Positions 27,543 through 38,657 of a stretch of 58,702 nt of DNA are shown one piece after another. Origin of the DNA: a virus (lineage: Duplodnaviria > Caudoviricetes); the IMG/VR virus record IMGVR_UViG_3300032243_001266, positions 1-58,702 of that record. One strand, given 5' to 3'. The notes beneath the pieces were generated by a model that saw nothing but the letters and a program-made list of their open reading frames with translations, did no database searches and was not told where the DNA came from. The position numbers were made by a program, and so were the translations under genes. Each line of letters begins with the position of its first letter. Within the stretch, counting starts at the first letter, position 1.

Positions 27543-28015
27543 TTTTCTATTATTTTGGCGTTAGACGAATTTATTATTTTTAAGGCATCTTTTACTTCTT
27601 GGGGCAAAAGTGGATTATCGTGTTTTTCAATAATTCTTTCTTCTATTTGTTCTTCATTTTCATTATCTGGATTAGGATGAGCCGTAGCCCATACACAATC
27701 TTCCCATATATATAATACCCTTCTTGTCCCAGGTTGTGTAACTCCTATATATGGAGCTTCAATAAAAACTTCTTCTCCTTCATCAATCCATACCGAAACT
27801 TTACCTTTTAAAACAAAATACTGATGTTGCGTTTTGTGTATTTTGCTTGTTATTAAAGTTCCAGCAGGCATGAATATTTCCCTTACATAAAGACCTTCAG
27901 TAAATCTGTGTACCAATGGACATTGAACTAAATCCATATTTTCAGCCATTATGGATTCAAGTTCATCTATTCTTTCGTCTTTAGTTTTCTCCTTCAATTC
28001 TAATTCTTCGCCCAT
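27539..28015 (-). CDS. cupin-like phage protein
   Basis: HRFTEGLYVREIFMPAGTLITSKIHKTQH...GKVSV pattern. Confidence 0.65.
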   Translation of the reverse strand: MGEELELKEKTKDERIDELESIMAENMDLVQCPLVHRFTEGLYVREIFMPAGTLITSKIHKTQHQYFVLKGKVSVWIDEGEEVFIEAPYIGVTQPGTRRVLYIWEDCVWATAHPNPDNENEEQIEERIIEKHDNPLLPQEVKDALKIINSSNAKIIEK

Positions 28016-28024
28016 GACATTATT

Positions 28025-28477
28025 TTAATAGTACACAAGTGTTGTTACTTTATCTTCTTCATTATCTCTATATCTAACCATACCCTGCTTTATCAAATGG
28101 TCTATTGCTCTTGTATTGTGAGTGCTTAATATACATTGGAATGGCTTGCCAAGTGTCTTTTTAACTTGATTAAACCACCCAATTAAGTTCTCCTTATTTC
28201 TATATTTTTTATTAATACAAAAGCTATATAAAACGTTATCAAATGTAACGAAATATCCAATAGGCTTTTTTTGAAAAATTACTTTGTAATAATTCAATTT
28301 TGTCTCTTGAGATGCTTCGTGGATTCTATGCAAAGAAGCTAATACGGCAAACTCTCTTGTGGGCTTACCTTCAATACAAAGATGATGATACTTATCAATA
28401 AGCTCATCATCTCCTACATAAGACATTTCTACCAATGCTGGTATCTCCGTTTTTGATATTTTTTTTATTGTTATCAT
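28025..28477 (-). CDS. GNAT-fold acetyltransferase-like protein
   Basis: PIGYF...SFCINKKYR...NTRAIDHLIKQGM; position like T7 gp13-type genes. Confidence 0.55.
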   Translation of the reverse strand: MITIKKISKTEIPALVEMSYVGDDELIDKYHHLCIEGKPTREFAVLASLHRIHEASQETKLNYYKVIFQKKPIGYFVTFDNVLYSFCINKKYRNKENLIGWFNQVKKTLGKPFQCILSTHNTRAIDHLIKQGMVRYRDNEEDKVTTLVYY

Positions 28478-28749
28478 GGTGGTAATGGCACTCCGGACTC
28501 TATAAATAATATTCTATCTTCGTTTAGTACATTATAAAACTGATTTGTGTATTGAGAGTAAATAAGTGGTACATCTTGCGGATTGTAAAACACTATATTA
28601 CCCACATTAAATGGTAGCGTGTTTGGATTTATTTGTACCACTTCGCCCCATGTTCCTATATTATTAGCCGTAATTAAATTCCACCCACTATATATAGGCT
28701 GAACCAATACATTTGGCGGCTGCATATATATGTTGAATGGTAATGACAA
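28474..28749 (-). CDS. divergent GroES-fold protein
   Basis: NVLVQP...GEVVQI...FNVGNIVFY...YNVLNEDRILFI follows the GroES strand pattern. Confidence 0.5.
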   Translation of the reverse strand: MSLPFNIYMQPPNVLVQPIYSGWNLITANNIGTWGEVVQINPNTLPFNVGNIVFYNPQDVPLIYSQYTNQFYNVLNEDRILFIESGVPLPP

Positions 28750-31700
28750 TTATCTTGCGTTTAGGGGTGAATTAATATAGTTCAAAGATACGGTATTAAG
28801 GAAATAAAAATTAGTTGCGCTGTCCTTTTGGAATCTAACTACCAAATAATTTCCGTGCATTGTTTGACCATTGATAAGGCCCCCTGGGCTATTTTTATCC
28901 CTCAAGATTGCCGATGTATATTGCCCTTCCAATTCTACAAATCTTGCCGCTACAATCTCGCTTTCTTGATTCGTAGAGCCATATGTCATTAATTGAGATG
29001 TAATAGAAGGGCAATACCATGCCGAATTTGATGTTTGGAATATAGCCAAATATGTTTTTCTATCTATTGCCCTATCATTAAATGCTACATCCACATAAGA
29101 CCCATACTGAACTCCATAAAAGTTACAATAAGTACCCCCAGCATGAATCCACAAACTGCCGTCCTTAAATGTAATATAAGTGTTATTTAAACAAGCTATG
29201 TTTTCGGGATGGTATGAGGCGAATGTTTCAAACCCTTGTTTTGCATCTCTTGAGTCCAAGAAGATGAGAGTATATGGGTTTTGGATAAGATCATTTCCAT
29301 CATATATGGCATCCATTGAAATGATATACTTATTTGTATAAGCATCATATCCTCCATAAACTGTTGGATATCCATCTGCCGGAGCCGCTTGAGATTGAGC
29401 TATTTTGTATTGCTTTAAATTAGGTACAAAGAAAGCATTCATTTTGTAAAGGATGGATATTGGAGTAATGCCATCGTTACTTAATCTACAAACCACTCCT
29501 TTATTATCATCTATAAAAAACTTAGCGTGCTTACCATAAGCAAAACTTTCTGGTACATTACCTATTCCGTATTGACCTATGTATGGATATACTATTTTAT
29601 TAAGAAGCGTATCGCTTTGCGCAGATAATGGGTTGCCTGCCGTATCTTTTACAATTTGTGTCAATACAGTTACAACGCCTACGTCAAACTCTTGGAAAAC
29701 ATATTGATTCCTTCCTTCAATAAACATTTTTTTAATAGAACCTCTGCTTCTATCATATACATCAAAATTTTCTTCGTAAAATCTATTTATATTATTTATA
29801 GTAGTTCCAGCTTGAAACTCTCCCCCAAATCTTATTAAGGTTGGATTGAATGATTGTGCAGCATTTGGGTCATATCTCCAAACTCGTCCATTTGGTGAAG
29901 CTGAACTTTCATAATTATCAGAAAAATTAGGATCTATAATACCTTGTTTAATTACTCTTGAATCTGTAATTTCTATGTTTAATTCCAACAAATCGCCTTT
30001 GTAATTATTTAATCCCCAGCCAACTTTTGCCATATTTAAAGATGGGGTATAAATACAATCTATAACAACAACTTTTTCTTGATTTGCAATTAACCTATCG
30101 GTATTTGCAAAAATTGTAGCTCCCAATATTTGTATAGACCCAGTACCGGTAACTCCATTCCATTCATTTGATATTAATTGTATATTAGCAAAATTAGCAG
30201 ATGGTTTTAAACGCATTGTACCTTTTACTCTAAATGAAGGAGGTGTTGATGGGGTGTTAATTAAAATGGGATATGCATCATTAGTAAATGCTGTTGTAGA
30301 TGTTACGTTTTGTGGAGTATAGTCTGGATTATTTGCTGTGTTGTAGGTAAGTGTAGCTAAAAGATAAAATGATGTAAAATTTGAGGTAATTCCAGATACA
30401 GGATTATGAATCCAAGTTGATTTGCCACCTATTGGATAGGTTCTGTATCTAAAAAAACTATCTCCTTTATACAAATCAAACAATGCAGGAGTTACCAAAT
30501 TGCTTGTTTGATTTTGATTTTTTCCTAAATGGTATGCTTGCATCGTTCCAGCATCTCCTATATTATACTTTTCGCCAAATTCATAATATATAGTATTTTG
30601 GTCATTAAAGGTTGTTTGAGGCGTATATATTTCTATAAGATAATTTGAATAAATAGGATTGCCAAAATCAAAAGACCCAGAAGTTTGAGGCAAATATATT
30701 TTTAAAAAAAATCCATTTACAATAGTTGCATTTATAGTTGGATTTGTAACCGTTTCTAAAATTTGAAAATCTTTTTCATCGGACAATCCATATATATTAC
30801 TTGTGCCTCCGGCATTAGAATAAAGTTTTACGAATCTAACTCTATCGCCTGGGGTAAATTCATAACCAAGTGATTTTATTGATGGATTAGATGAAATATA
30901 TAATAATAAGTTGTTTATAGAAATATAAGCATACTTATATCCATATTCGTTGTTTATGAAATCCTTATATGTGGCATCGCTAACCCAATATAAAAAATTA
31001 GATTTTGTAAGATTTTTAGTTCTTACTAATTCAAAATAACTTGCCCAAATAGGCGGCCTACTATTAATTTGAAGCCTTTGTTCTGGTATATATACATCAT
31101 TAGCTGATGGAGGAAAAGTTTCATCATATTGTTGTGTTTGAAATGAACTGCTTAAAGTTAACACAACACCATTTGTTCTTCCTTTATCATCAAAATAAAC
31201 TACACCATAAGAGTATTTTGAAAACCAATCATAAGCCAAAATAGAGCTTCTATTTTCTGCAAAATATTCAGATAAATAAAAAGTAGGCAAATAAGGAAAC
31301 AATACAGGCGTTGGAGCAACTACCAATAAATTGCCGTCCGGGTCTAAAGAGACTATATATCCAAGACCAGTAAAATAATTAGATATGTCTAATCTTAAAG
31401 AGTTCTGAGTTGCTCCCGTAGCAATTATTGTAGTGCTGACTGTTACGTTATTATCAATATAGTATATTGTATATTCATCTCCAATTGTAGGCGTTCCAGC
31501 TACAATTATTTTTAAAGAACCTTCAAAGACAATTAAATCTGGCGTTGTAACTAAAACAAGCGCTTGTTGATTTGAAGTTCCCGCTAATCTATTATTGTTT
31601 AATATGCTTGTTGAATAAATACCAACAACCAAATCATATCCTTCTGTTATTGCTCCATAATCTAAAACGTTTCCATTTGGCAAACTTTGCGCGTAAGCTA

Positions 31701-32655
31701 TTTGAGGAACATTATCAAATGGCTGTATGCTTTCTTTTATAGATATTGGTATATAACTTTCATTATTTAAAAAATTAAATTGAATTGTAGCATTGTCTGA
31801 AATAGATAAACTGGGCTTATCAATAACTTTTACTAAAAAATAATCAGACCAAACATTTCCATTAGATTCGCATCCAAGAATTTCTATTTTTTTTACGTTG
31901 GGCTGTCCGCTATTAAATATTATTAAAATACTTGAATTTCTTGTAGGATCAGTTGAAATTGCTTGGTCGGCATAATTTTTTGGAAGTGTCAATTCGCATT
32001 GAGCGCTTGTAACAGATTTTTCTAAATCATCATATACATATCTATATTTAAATTTGAAAAGTTTTCCAACCAAATTATTTACAGTAACATTAGCGTTATC
32101 TTTATATACGCATAATGGAGGCATTGATGGTGGCTCTTTGGCTACATCAAGATAACTTCTTTGTATTACCCCGTAGGCTCCTGTTGTAGCCGTAAGTACA
32201 TTTATTTTAGAAGGAGGATTAATTCCATCTGTCCAAAAAAGCAAATCGCCTTGATCATCTTCTCTATAAACTATATCTATGTGATTGATTCGGTAAGATG
32301 GGTCAAAATTCAAAACGCTGATATTATCAGTATCAGTCAAATCCTCCATGACTATAACAATAGAGCCGGTATTTTGGTCATAGTAGCTAATTCTATTGTA
32401 GCCATCGCTATTCCATGTAAAATAATAAAGTCTATTTCTTACTCTATCTGAAAAATTGCCAATTACCTTATTCGTTCCATTTGGCAAAAAATTTGTTATT
32501 TCGTAGTTTCCATTTATGTTAGACAATACTTCGTCTTGTCCTTTTCCTTCTGCATCTCTTGTAATATTCAAAGCATCAACAAAGTCCCCTTGAGGGACTC
32601 TGTATGTACTATCGTCTTGATTAAGTTTACCACCAAACGTTCTAATTTCAATCAT
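28750..32655 (-). CDS. tail stabilization / nozzle protein (P22 gp10-like, crAss-like muzzle)
   Basis: 1301 aa, N-terminal GKLNQDD...GDFVDALNI, YGIGNVPESFA motif, follows ring genes. Confidence 0.75.
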   Translation of the reverse strand: MIEIRTFGGKLNQDDSTYRVPQGDFVDALNITRDAEGKGQDEVLSNINGNYEITNFLPNGTNKVIGNFSDRVRNRLYYFTWNSDGYNRISYYDQNTGSIVIVMEDLTDTDNISVLNFDPSYRINHIDIVYREDDQGDLLFWTDGINPPSKINVLTATTGAYGVIQRSYLDVAKEPPSMPPLCVYKDNANVTVNNLVGKLFKFKYRYVYDDLEKSVTSAQCELTLPKNYADQAISTDPTRNSSILIIFNSGQPNVKKIEILGCESNGNVWSDYFLVKVIDKPSLSISDNATIQFNFLNNESYIPISIKESIQPFDNVPQIAYAQSLPNGNVLDYGAITEGYDLVVGIYSTSILNNNRLAGTSNQQALVLVTTPDLIVFEGSLKIIVAGTPTIGDEYTIYYIDNNVTVSTTIIATGATQNSLRLDISNYFTGLGYIVSLDPDGNLLVVAPTPVLFPYLPTFYLSEYFAENRSSILAYDWFSKYSYGVVYFDDKGRTNGVVLTLSSSFQTQQYDETFPPSANDVYIPEQRLQINSRPPIWASYFELVRTKNLTKSNFLYWVSDATYKDFINNEYGYKYAYISINNLLLYISSNPSIKSLGYEFTPGDRVRFVKLYSNAGGTSNIYGLSDEKDFQILETVTNPTINATIVNGFFLKIYLPQTSGSFDFGNPIYSNYLIEIYTPQTTFNDQNTIYYEFGEKYNIGDAGTMQAYHLGKNQNQTSNLVTPALFDLYKGDSFFRYRTYPIGGKSTWIHNPVSGITSNFTSFYLLATLTYNTANNPDYTPQNVTSTTAFTNDAYPILINTPSTPPSFRVKGTMRLKPSANFANIQLISNEWNGVTGTGSIQILGATIFANTDRLIANQEKVVVIDCIYTPSLNMAKVGWGLNNYKGDLLELNIEITDSRVIKQGIIDPNFSDNYESSASPNGRVWRYDPNAAQSFNPTLIRFGGEFQAGTTINNINRFYEENFDVYDRSRGSIKKMFIEGRNQYVFQEFDVGVVTVLTQIVKDTAGNPLSAQSDTLLNKIVYPYIGQYGIGNVPESFAYGKHAKFFIDDNKGVVCRLSNDGITPISILYKMNAFFVPNLKQYKIAQSQAAPADGYPTVYGGYDAYTNKYIISMDAIYDGNDLIQNPYTLIFLDSRDAKQGFETFASYHPENIACLNNTYITFKDGSLWIHAGGTYCNFYGVQYGSYVDVAFNDRAIDRKTYLAIFQTSNSAWYCPSITSQLMTYGSTNQESEIVAARFVELEGQYTSAILRDKNSPGGLINGQTMHGNYLVVRFQKDSATNFYFLNTVSLNYINSPLNAR

Positions 32656-32658
32656 TTA

Positions 32659-33429
32659 TTACATTTTAACGGTTAGTCGTTGTTGCTCCATACTCCATTG
32701 ATGAGCGTCATGTAAATCTACTGGACGATAACGAGCATTAGCCAATCTTCTTTCGTTAAAATACTGCCTTCTGCGTTGTTCTTTATCTCCTAAACTGCCT
32801 CTACGAGTATTAGGCATCATGGCTATGTCGTTGTATGCAATATACCACATTAATGCGGTTTTGAAATGGATAGGAATGTAATATTCTTCTCCTTGTTTTG
32901 GCGTGGCTACATATTCAAGCATCACATATTCATAGCCATAGTTTTCGCTCAAAAGCAAAACGCCATTGTGATTATCTATTTTAAATGTTCCAATAAATGG
33001 CGAACCGCTTGGAAGTCCATAAAGAGCCGAGAAATCTCCATTGTTCCAATAGTTATACCAAATAGGCGTATTGAATTGTATGAGGTCTATTATCGTATTG
33101 TCTTGTGTAAGCGCATCTCTATTTGGCAGCAAGTCTGCGTATGTGGTAAGATTGCTATTATATCCCATTGGGATTATTTCTCCTCTACTATTCAGAACGC
33201 CAACTTTAGAATAATTCAAATAGTCATCGGGTAGATTCACCGTTTGATTTGAATTTACAAGAAGCTTTACCGATTTGATTTGATAGAAAAAGTCAAGACC
33301 CAATTCTTCCATTCCGGAGAACGCAAGTTGCCAACACTTGTAATATTTATGGACGCTTTGTTCCGAGCGGTCCAAGTATAAATTTATGACAGTATCTAAA
33401 GATACATATTGCTGTTGGGTATTACTCAT
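32659..33429 (-). CDS. putative tail ring / tubular protein
   Basis: VNLPDDYLNYSKVG motif, size and position. Confidence 0.6.
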   Translation of the reverse strand: MSNTQQQYVSLDTVINLYLDRSEQSVHKYYKCWQLAFSGMEELGLDFFYQIKSVKLLVNSNQTVNLPDDYLNYSKVGVLNSRGEIIPMGYNSNLTTYADLLPNRDALTQDNTIIDLIQFNTPIWYNYWNNGDFSALYGLPSGSPFIGTFKIDNHNGVLLLSENYGYEYVMLEYVATPKQGEEYYIPIHFKTALMWYIAYNDIAMMPNTRRGSLGDKEQRRRQYFNERRLANARYRPVDLHDAHQWSMEQQRLTVKM

Positions 33430-33441
33430 TTTACATAGGTT

Positions 33442-33705
33442 TTATATTAATGCTAATATAGCATTATCTTCCATTAGGTAGAAGGATTCTCCATCTTTTT
33501 CTACTAAAGTTCCCCAATCATGAACTCTATATCCCACTTGGCCTTCTTTTAAATACATTGGGCGTTCTTTTGTTCCGCTTCCAACCGCAACTATCGTTCC
33601 TTTGTCGGATTCTTTACGATAGCTTTCCGGAACAAACAATCCTCCTTGCGTGACTTCTTCTTGAAGAAACGGCTTGAATAAAATTTGATTTTTGATTGGT
33701 TTCAT
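33442..33705 (-). CDS. groES: co-chaperonin GroES
   Basis: MKPIKNQILFKP...TQGGLFVP...GTIVAVGSG...YLMEDNAILALI. Confidence 0.9.
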   Translation of the reverse strand: MKPIKNQILFKPFLQEEVTQGGLFVPESYRKESDKGTIVAVGSGTKERPMYLKEGQVGYRVHDWGTLVEKDGESFYLMEDNAILALI

Positions 33706-33706
33706 A

Positions 33707-34342
33707 TTATGCTGTTCTTATTGCATCAGAGCCATCATTTGCGGAATCTTGTATTTGTAATCTTGCTTGACTTAATGATTTTACTACATAATCAACAATG
33801 CCCGGAATGTAGTCATCTGGAATATTCAATGTGCTTGACAAGTTCGTACTATCACCGCCCGAAACAATTGTTATTGTTGCTGTGTATTGATTCAGAATAA
33901 GCGTAGAATAAACGTAAACATGGTCGCCTTGTTGATATGCTAATATCTTTCCTGTTGGCTGTTGAAGGGATTGAAAATAAGTGACTTGATCTTGTGATAA
34001 CCAAACTACGGGTTTGGATATTTCCCCATCTGTTGATTTGAATTGCAGAGTAGATATGCCTTCGTTTTTACCAATTGCTATTGGTATTTGAGGCAAGTTC
34101 ACTTTCCATATAAATTGCTCATCTAATGAAACGGCAAGCCCTTTATAGGTTAAATAGAAACTATTATTTACATAACCAACGCCATCAAGCTGAATCGCTT
34201 CCTTATAATTTTGCTTAACCATCAAGCCTATTCCTTGATTAATCATTTGATTAACAAGTCCAGGAGTTATGCTTGCATCATCAGAAGGCTGCGTGCCATA
34301 TACTTGACGAAGTATTTGTTCTATAAGGGCTTGACGAGTCAT
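33707..34342 (-). CDS. putative tail ring / adaptor protein
   Basis: 211 aa, helical N-terminus and LNIPDDY C-terminal motif, position after capsid genes. Confidence 0.6.
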   Translation of the reverse strand: MTRQALIEQILRQVYGTQPSDDASITPGLVNQMINQGIGLMVKQNYKEAIQLDGVGYVNNSFYLTYKGLAVSLDEQFIWKVNLPQIPIAIGKNEGISTLQFKSTDGEISKPVVWLSQDQVTYFQSLQQPTGKILAYQQGDHVYVYSTLILNQYTATITIVSGGDSTNLSSTLNIPDDYIPGIVDYVVKSLSQARLQIQDSANDGSDAIRTA

Positions 34343-35013
34343 TATTGTCCTTGATTTTTAATTGCCATAGAATATTGTTCTATCACATTCATTTGAAGAT
34401 TTACTCCAATAATGGCCAACGCTCTAACTATAACCTCAAGCATAGCTGCATCATCCCAAACGGGTTGCTGACTACTATTGGCATCATAAACCGGAATGCC
34501 ATTTGGGTCCAACGTATAGCCCCAAGTTATTGTAGGCGGATTTCTTACATAGCTAAGTTTCGCTTGAGATATATTATTTGGAAAAAATCTAAATCCTGTA
34601 TCTTCTAAAATATAAATAGGATTTGTAGCTACTGGGTCTATGACTGAATTGTAATAAGAATATAGATAATCTTGTTGGACGGATCTTATTCTTTGGTAGC
34701 CATAAATACTAACCATAGCGTCCGTTTGCAAATAGTCGCCTGGATATGGACTATAACCGAATGAATCAACGCTCAAATTATACCAATAAATTATTGGCGC
34801 AAGCCTTGTCCTAACGATTGTATTTTGCCCAAATTCAACTCTTGCAATCGGACGCCCTGGTGTATATTGTTGAAATGAACCGAGCAAGTATGAAGCATAG
34901 CTTTTTTGCGCTTGATTAATCGTAAGATTAAAGTCATCGGGGCTTACATAACCTTGTTGAAGGTTTTTTGCCGTGCTATACAATACGAGCTGATAAACTT
35001 CGTCAACGGTCAT
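34342..35013 (-). CDS. putative tail ring / head-tail adaptor protein
   Basis: MTVDEVYQLV...KNLQQGYVSPDDFN...QAQ N-terminus of crAss-like ring proteins. Confidence 0.65.
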   Translation of the reverse strand: MTVDEVYQLVLYSTAKNLQQGYVSPDDFNLTINQAQKSYASYLLGSFQQYTPGRPIARVEFGQNTIVRTRLAPIIYWYNLSVDSFGYSPYPGDYLQTDAMVSIYGYQRIRSVQQDYLYSYYNSVIDPVATNPIYILEDTGFRFFPNNISQAKLSYVRNPPTITWGYTLDPNGIPVYDANSSQQPVWDDAAMLEVIVRALAIIGVNLQMNVIEQYSMAIKNQGQ

Positions 35014-35912
35014 TTTATTGTTTCTTTAAGTTGCTGTTGAAATGTTCTTCCTTCCTCTGTATTTGTTAAAGCAAGCTCAGTAAGATAATCTATGGGCTGT
35101 CTGCTTGATGGAATAATGCCTATCAATCCACCACCGCCTGCCCAAAATGCTCTCCCTGGCTGACTTGCGACATCTACTTTAGCCGAAAGAATTGCTTTTT
35201 TAACAAGGTAACTGATTTCAATTTCCTTGCTTTTGTTATTTACTAAGTCTTGGAATTGGAATGGATTCCTTTTAGCAAACAACATAAGTTCTTTTCTAAG
35301 CAAATCATTAGTTTTGATTTCTCCAATCTCATCGTGCATAGGCATTTTCAAGAAACTGATGTACTTTTTCATAGTAACTTCATCAAGTTCTCTTGCCACA
35401 ATAGCCATATCAATTTCAAGGCTCTCTTTCTTCAATGCTTCTGCGGCTTGCTTTGCTGGGTCATACTCATAGAACTCAAACTTACTTCCCGATTTGCGAT
35501 TTGGATTTCCAATGTTGTGTCTGCAAAGTCTTGCAAACTGCAATGCAGCAGCATCCCAATCCGGTATTCTTAAACACTTAGACCCTCTTGGAAAGGCTAA
35601 GCTTTTTGCATTGTTCCTAACGTAATCTGGATCAAGATGCTTTTGGTCCTTTACCCATATTGATTCAACGCCAACTAACAATCTTGCTCTTTCTTCTCTT
35701 CCTGTTTCTGGATTGATAATGTCATCAATATTAGGAATATAAACACCACCTTTCTTTTTTGTGTCAACCAATTTAAAAATATGGTGCTTTGTTTCTTTAG
35801 TAGCGGGCATTGTTTCAATCGTATGCCTTGCTACATCTTCGCTAAATATCTCCAATGGAGACTTTTGTGTTTCACCCACTTGGGAGAATTGCACATCTTT
35901 TAATTTTGCCAT
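35010..35912 (-). CDS. conserved head-module protein downstream of major capsid
   Basis: 300-aa ORF immediately after MCP terminator. Confidence 0.55.
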   Translation of the reverse strand: MAKLKDVQFSQVGETQKSPLEIFSEDVARHTIETMPATKETKHHIFKLVDTKKKGGVYIPNIDDIINPETGREERARLLVGVESIWVKDQKHLDPDYVRNNAKSLAFPRGSKCLRIPDWDAAALQFARLCRHNIGNPNRKSGSKFEFYEYDPAKQAAEALKKESLEIDMAIVARELDEVTMKKYISFLKMPMHDEIGEIKTNDLLRKELMLFAKRNPFQFQDLVNNKSKEIEISYLVKKAILSAKVDVASQPGRAFWAGGGGLIGIIPSSRQPIDYLTELALTNTEEGRTFQQQLKETIK

Positions 35913-35965
35913 TTTTTATTTTTAAGTTTTAAGACCATTTAGGCCTCCCACATACATGGGATTAT

Positions 35966-36003
35966 TTTAAAAGAGCCACGGAGTATTTCATCCGTGGCTT
36001 TAT
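35966..36003 (-). terminator. intrinsic terminator after major capsid gene
   Basis: AGCCACGGA-TGAAATAC-TCCGTGGCT followed by CTTTT on - strand. Confidence 0.75.
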
Positions 36004-36015
36004 TTGCTATTTTTC

Positions 36016-37449
36016 TTAGCTTGCTTGAACAATGATGAATTGGTTAGCAGCGCAGACACGAGTACCACGATAAGTGATAGTCTCTACATGGTCAACCATT
36101 TGTCCACTTGTTGGATTCATGGAAGCACCACCCCATTGCCATACACGGATTGCATTACCGGTAGATCCGCCCTTAGGAGGAGCTTGATACATTACAGTAA
36201 TGTTCTTGTATGCTTTGGTTACGTCTTTAGCATCGCGAACTTCACCTTGAGGGCAAATCATGCCGAAGTTACGGAAGTAGTCATTAACCGGAGTAAGACC
36301 AGTAGTCATTTCCGTGTTAAATTGCTTGTACTTCTTAACCTTGAACATATAACCATCAATGCGAAGGCTCTGAACGCCATAGTTTACTGCGGCATCTTCT
36401 GATTTCTCATTTGAACCCCAAACATAAGCACCAGCAGGGAACTCTTTAAAAATACCATCGCTGAAGTTTTGTCTTTGGTAAATGTCCATCAACCACATAC
36501 TCTCATTTGCGCAACCATTCACATCCATTACACGAGTAATTTCATGAAGCTTAGCAATATCAAGTGTACCTGGAGTGTAACCTACTGTTTCGCCATCGGC
36601 CAACACTTTTGGAATGATACCTTCTGAACCAACAGAACTTGATGTAGTCAAACCGGTGTTGTTAACGATGTTACCACGCATGAGTTTGAACTCTACGTTG
36701 TTGATGAAACGTTGGTTGCTTTTTACAAGTCCTTTGTAAGTGAAATAGCTTGTTCCAGCTTGCGCTCCACCAGCCATTTCTGAACCACTAACACCACTAT
36801 TGTAAAAAACCTCGGTCATTTCTGCCAAGTCGGTAGCAGCCCAAGATTCTCTCATCTCGGTGATGTTGTTGTCATACTTCTGATCCAAGTGGATGAGCGG
36901 ATTGATGCTATCTGAAGCTTCCCCTGCGTCCATATCACCACCCAACAACAATACGTCAGTAGCAAGCAAACTTGTTCCGCCAGCTGAAGCAAGTGTTTGT
37001 GTAGAGATTTTTGGACGAACTGTGAAAGTGAAAGCATACGCAGTTGTTCCTGTGATAGCAAGGATTTCACCTTCTACGTTTGTTGAAGCAACGCGAACAG
37101 TTTCACCTACGCGAACTGGAGATTCAGTACCGCTATTGTAGTGGTCGCCAGCAGCCAAAGTAACTGTGATAGTCCCTCCGGGAGTAGCAGCAGATACGTT
37201 AGCAGCAGCTTGAATACCAACCATCAACTTACCGCGGTTTTCAAACCAAAAGTAGTTACGGTTTTTTACTTCTTCCATTCCACCATAGGTAGAGAGCCAC
37301 CAAGTGAAATCTTCGTTTCCGTATTTTTCAACGTACTGCTTATAGTACTGAGGTGTAAGCAACTGCAAATCGGAAATCAGCTGCCTATTTGCATACTGGG
37401 AGGCTATTGCACCCGGTTGCAAAATGTTTGATGTAGGAATACCAGCCAT
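36016..37449 (-). CDS. major capsid protein (crAss-like type)
   Basis: 477 aa, follows portal and scaffold, distinct high-expression codon usage (AAC, TTC, ATC, CGT), followed by terminator. Confidence 0.8.
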   Translation of the reverse strand: MAGIPTSNILQPGAIASQYANRQLISDLQLLTPQYYKQYVEKYGNEDFTWWLSTYGGMEEVKNRNYFWFENRGKLMVGIQAAANVSAATPGGTITVTLAAGDHYNSGTESPVRVGETVRVASTNVEGEILAITGTTAYAFTFTVRPKISTQTLASAGGTSLLATDVLLLGGDMDAGEASDSINPLIHLDQKYDNNITEMRESWAATDLAEMTEVFYNSGVSGSEMAGGAQAGTSYFTYKGLVKSNQRFINNVEFKLMRGNIVNNTGLTTSSSVGSEGIIPKVLADGETVGYTPGTLDIAKLHEITRVMDVNGCANESMWLMDIYQRQNFSDGIFKEFPAGAYVWGSNEKSEDAAVNYGVQSLRIDGYMFKVKKYKQFNTEMTTGLTPVNDYFRNFGMICPQGEVRDAKDVTKAYKNITVMYQAPPKGGSTGNAIRVWQWGGASMNPTSGQMVDHVETITYRGTRVCAANQFIIVQAS

Positions 37450-37479
37450 TTTTAATTAGTTTTTGGTGTTAAAAATAAG

Positions 37480-38643
37480 TTATTTAGCGAACATAACCGC
37501 AGCCAATTTATCCATTTCGGATTGTCTATTGTCTGGTGAAAATGTACCGCTTGAGGTGTTTCCGCTCAAGTTGATGTTGCTGCTGTTTTTTAAGTGCATA
37601 GCTAATCTTCTATTTGCGGCTTCGTTCACATACTTTTGAGTTATTTTACCTTCGTTTTGCAGTAAGAACAAATCTTTTGTCATTTGTTTTACATTGATAG
37701 TGCCATCATCATTCACCCATCTATCGGCGAAAATCATGTTAGCATCTAAATTGTTTTCGGCAAAATAATTCAATTGCTGAGCAACGGCTTGCTTTTCTTC
37801 ATTAGATGGAACGTAAGCAACATTAAAATCAGCTCCTTCATCTTTTACTGCTGCTGAGAATCCTTCAAATGAATTTATTGCGTCGTTAACAGAACCATAA
37901 TAGTAATCCATGTATTTCTTCTGCGCCTCCAATACTTCTGGAGTCAATTCAGCTTCTTTATACGATGGGTTAATATCTGGTAATACTAAACTACTTTTTG
38001 CGCTTTCCAAATCTGGTCTTGCCAATTTGGCCTCAATAATCAAGCGCTTTTCAACTTCGTTGACTTTGTTTTCCCAATCAGATACCCTTCTTTCATACTC
38101 TGAATCAAGTTCGTCAAAAGATTGTTCGGGTTTTGATGGCTTGGAAAATTTTTCATTAAAAAGAAACTCAATCTCATCTTGTTCAAGAGATTTGTTCTTT
38201 TGAAACATACTATACTTTACAATTTCAGCAGCCGTATTAGGGTCTTTAATTTCTGCTGTTGATAGCTTTTCAATCTTCTTTTTTTCTTGCAAGAAATTGA
38301 TTAGCTCATCTTCTTTGTTTTCTTTTGCATACTCATAAAACCTTCTGCTGTCCTCATTCTCAAATTCAAATGCCTGCTTTTGTTTTAATTCGTTGATTTG
38401 CTTTGCAGCAGAATCCCAATCATCAAAACCAAGCTTCATTTTCAAATATTCATTAGCATCATAAATTTCTTCTTCGTCTTGAGATTGTGATGCGTGTGCA
38501 TTTGATTGAGCAAATGAATTGTTAGACGATGGCGCATCGGCGTTTACGGACGGGTCTGTCCAACTTCCCTCTGAGAAAGGATTGGCAAGATTAACTTCTT
38601 GCTCAGTAGCCGCTTGTTGTTCGTTTGTTTGTTGTTCTGACAT
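37480..38643 (-). CDS. putative capsid scaffolding protein
   Basis: acidic, helical, low-complexity N-terminus, directly upstream of MCP. Confidence 0.65.
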   Translation of the reverse strand: MSEQQTNEQQAATEQEVNLANPFSEGSWTDPSVNADAPSSNNSFAQSNAHASQSQDEEEIYDANEYLKMKLGFDDWDSAAKQINELKQKQAFEFENEDSRRFYEYAKENKEDELINFLQEKKKIEKLSTAEIKDPNTAAEIVKYSMFQKNKSLEQDEIEFLFNEKFSKPSKPEQSFDELDSEYERRVSDWENKVNEVEKRLIIEAKLARPDLESAKSSLVLPDINPSYKEAELTPEVLEAQKKYMDYYYGSVNDAINSFEGFSAAVKDEGADFNVAYVPSNEEKQAVAQQLNYFAENNLDANMIFADRWVNDDGTINVKQMTKDLFLLQNEGKITQKYVNEAANRRLAMHLKNSSNINLSGNTSSGTFSPDNRQSEMDKLAAVMFAK

Positions 38644-38657
38644 ATATCTATTTGTTT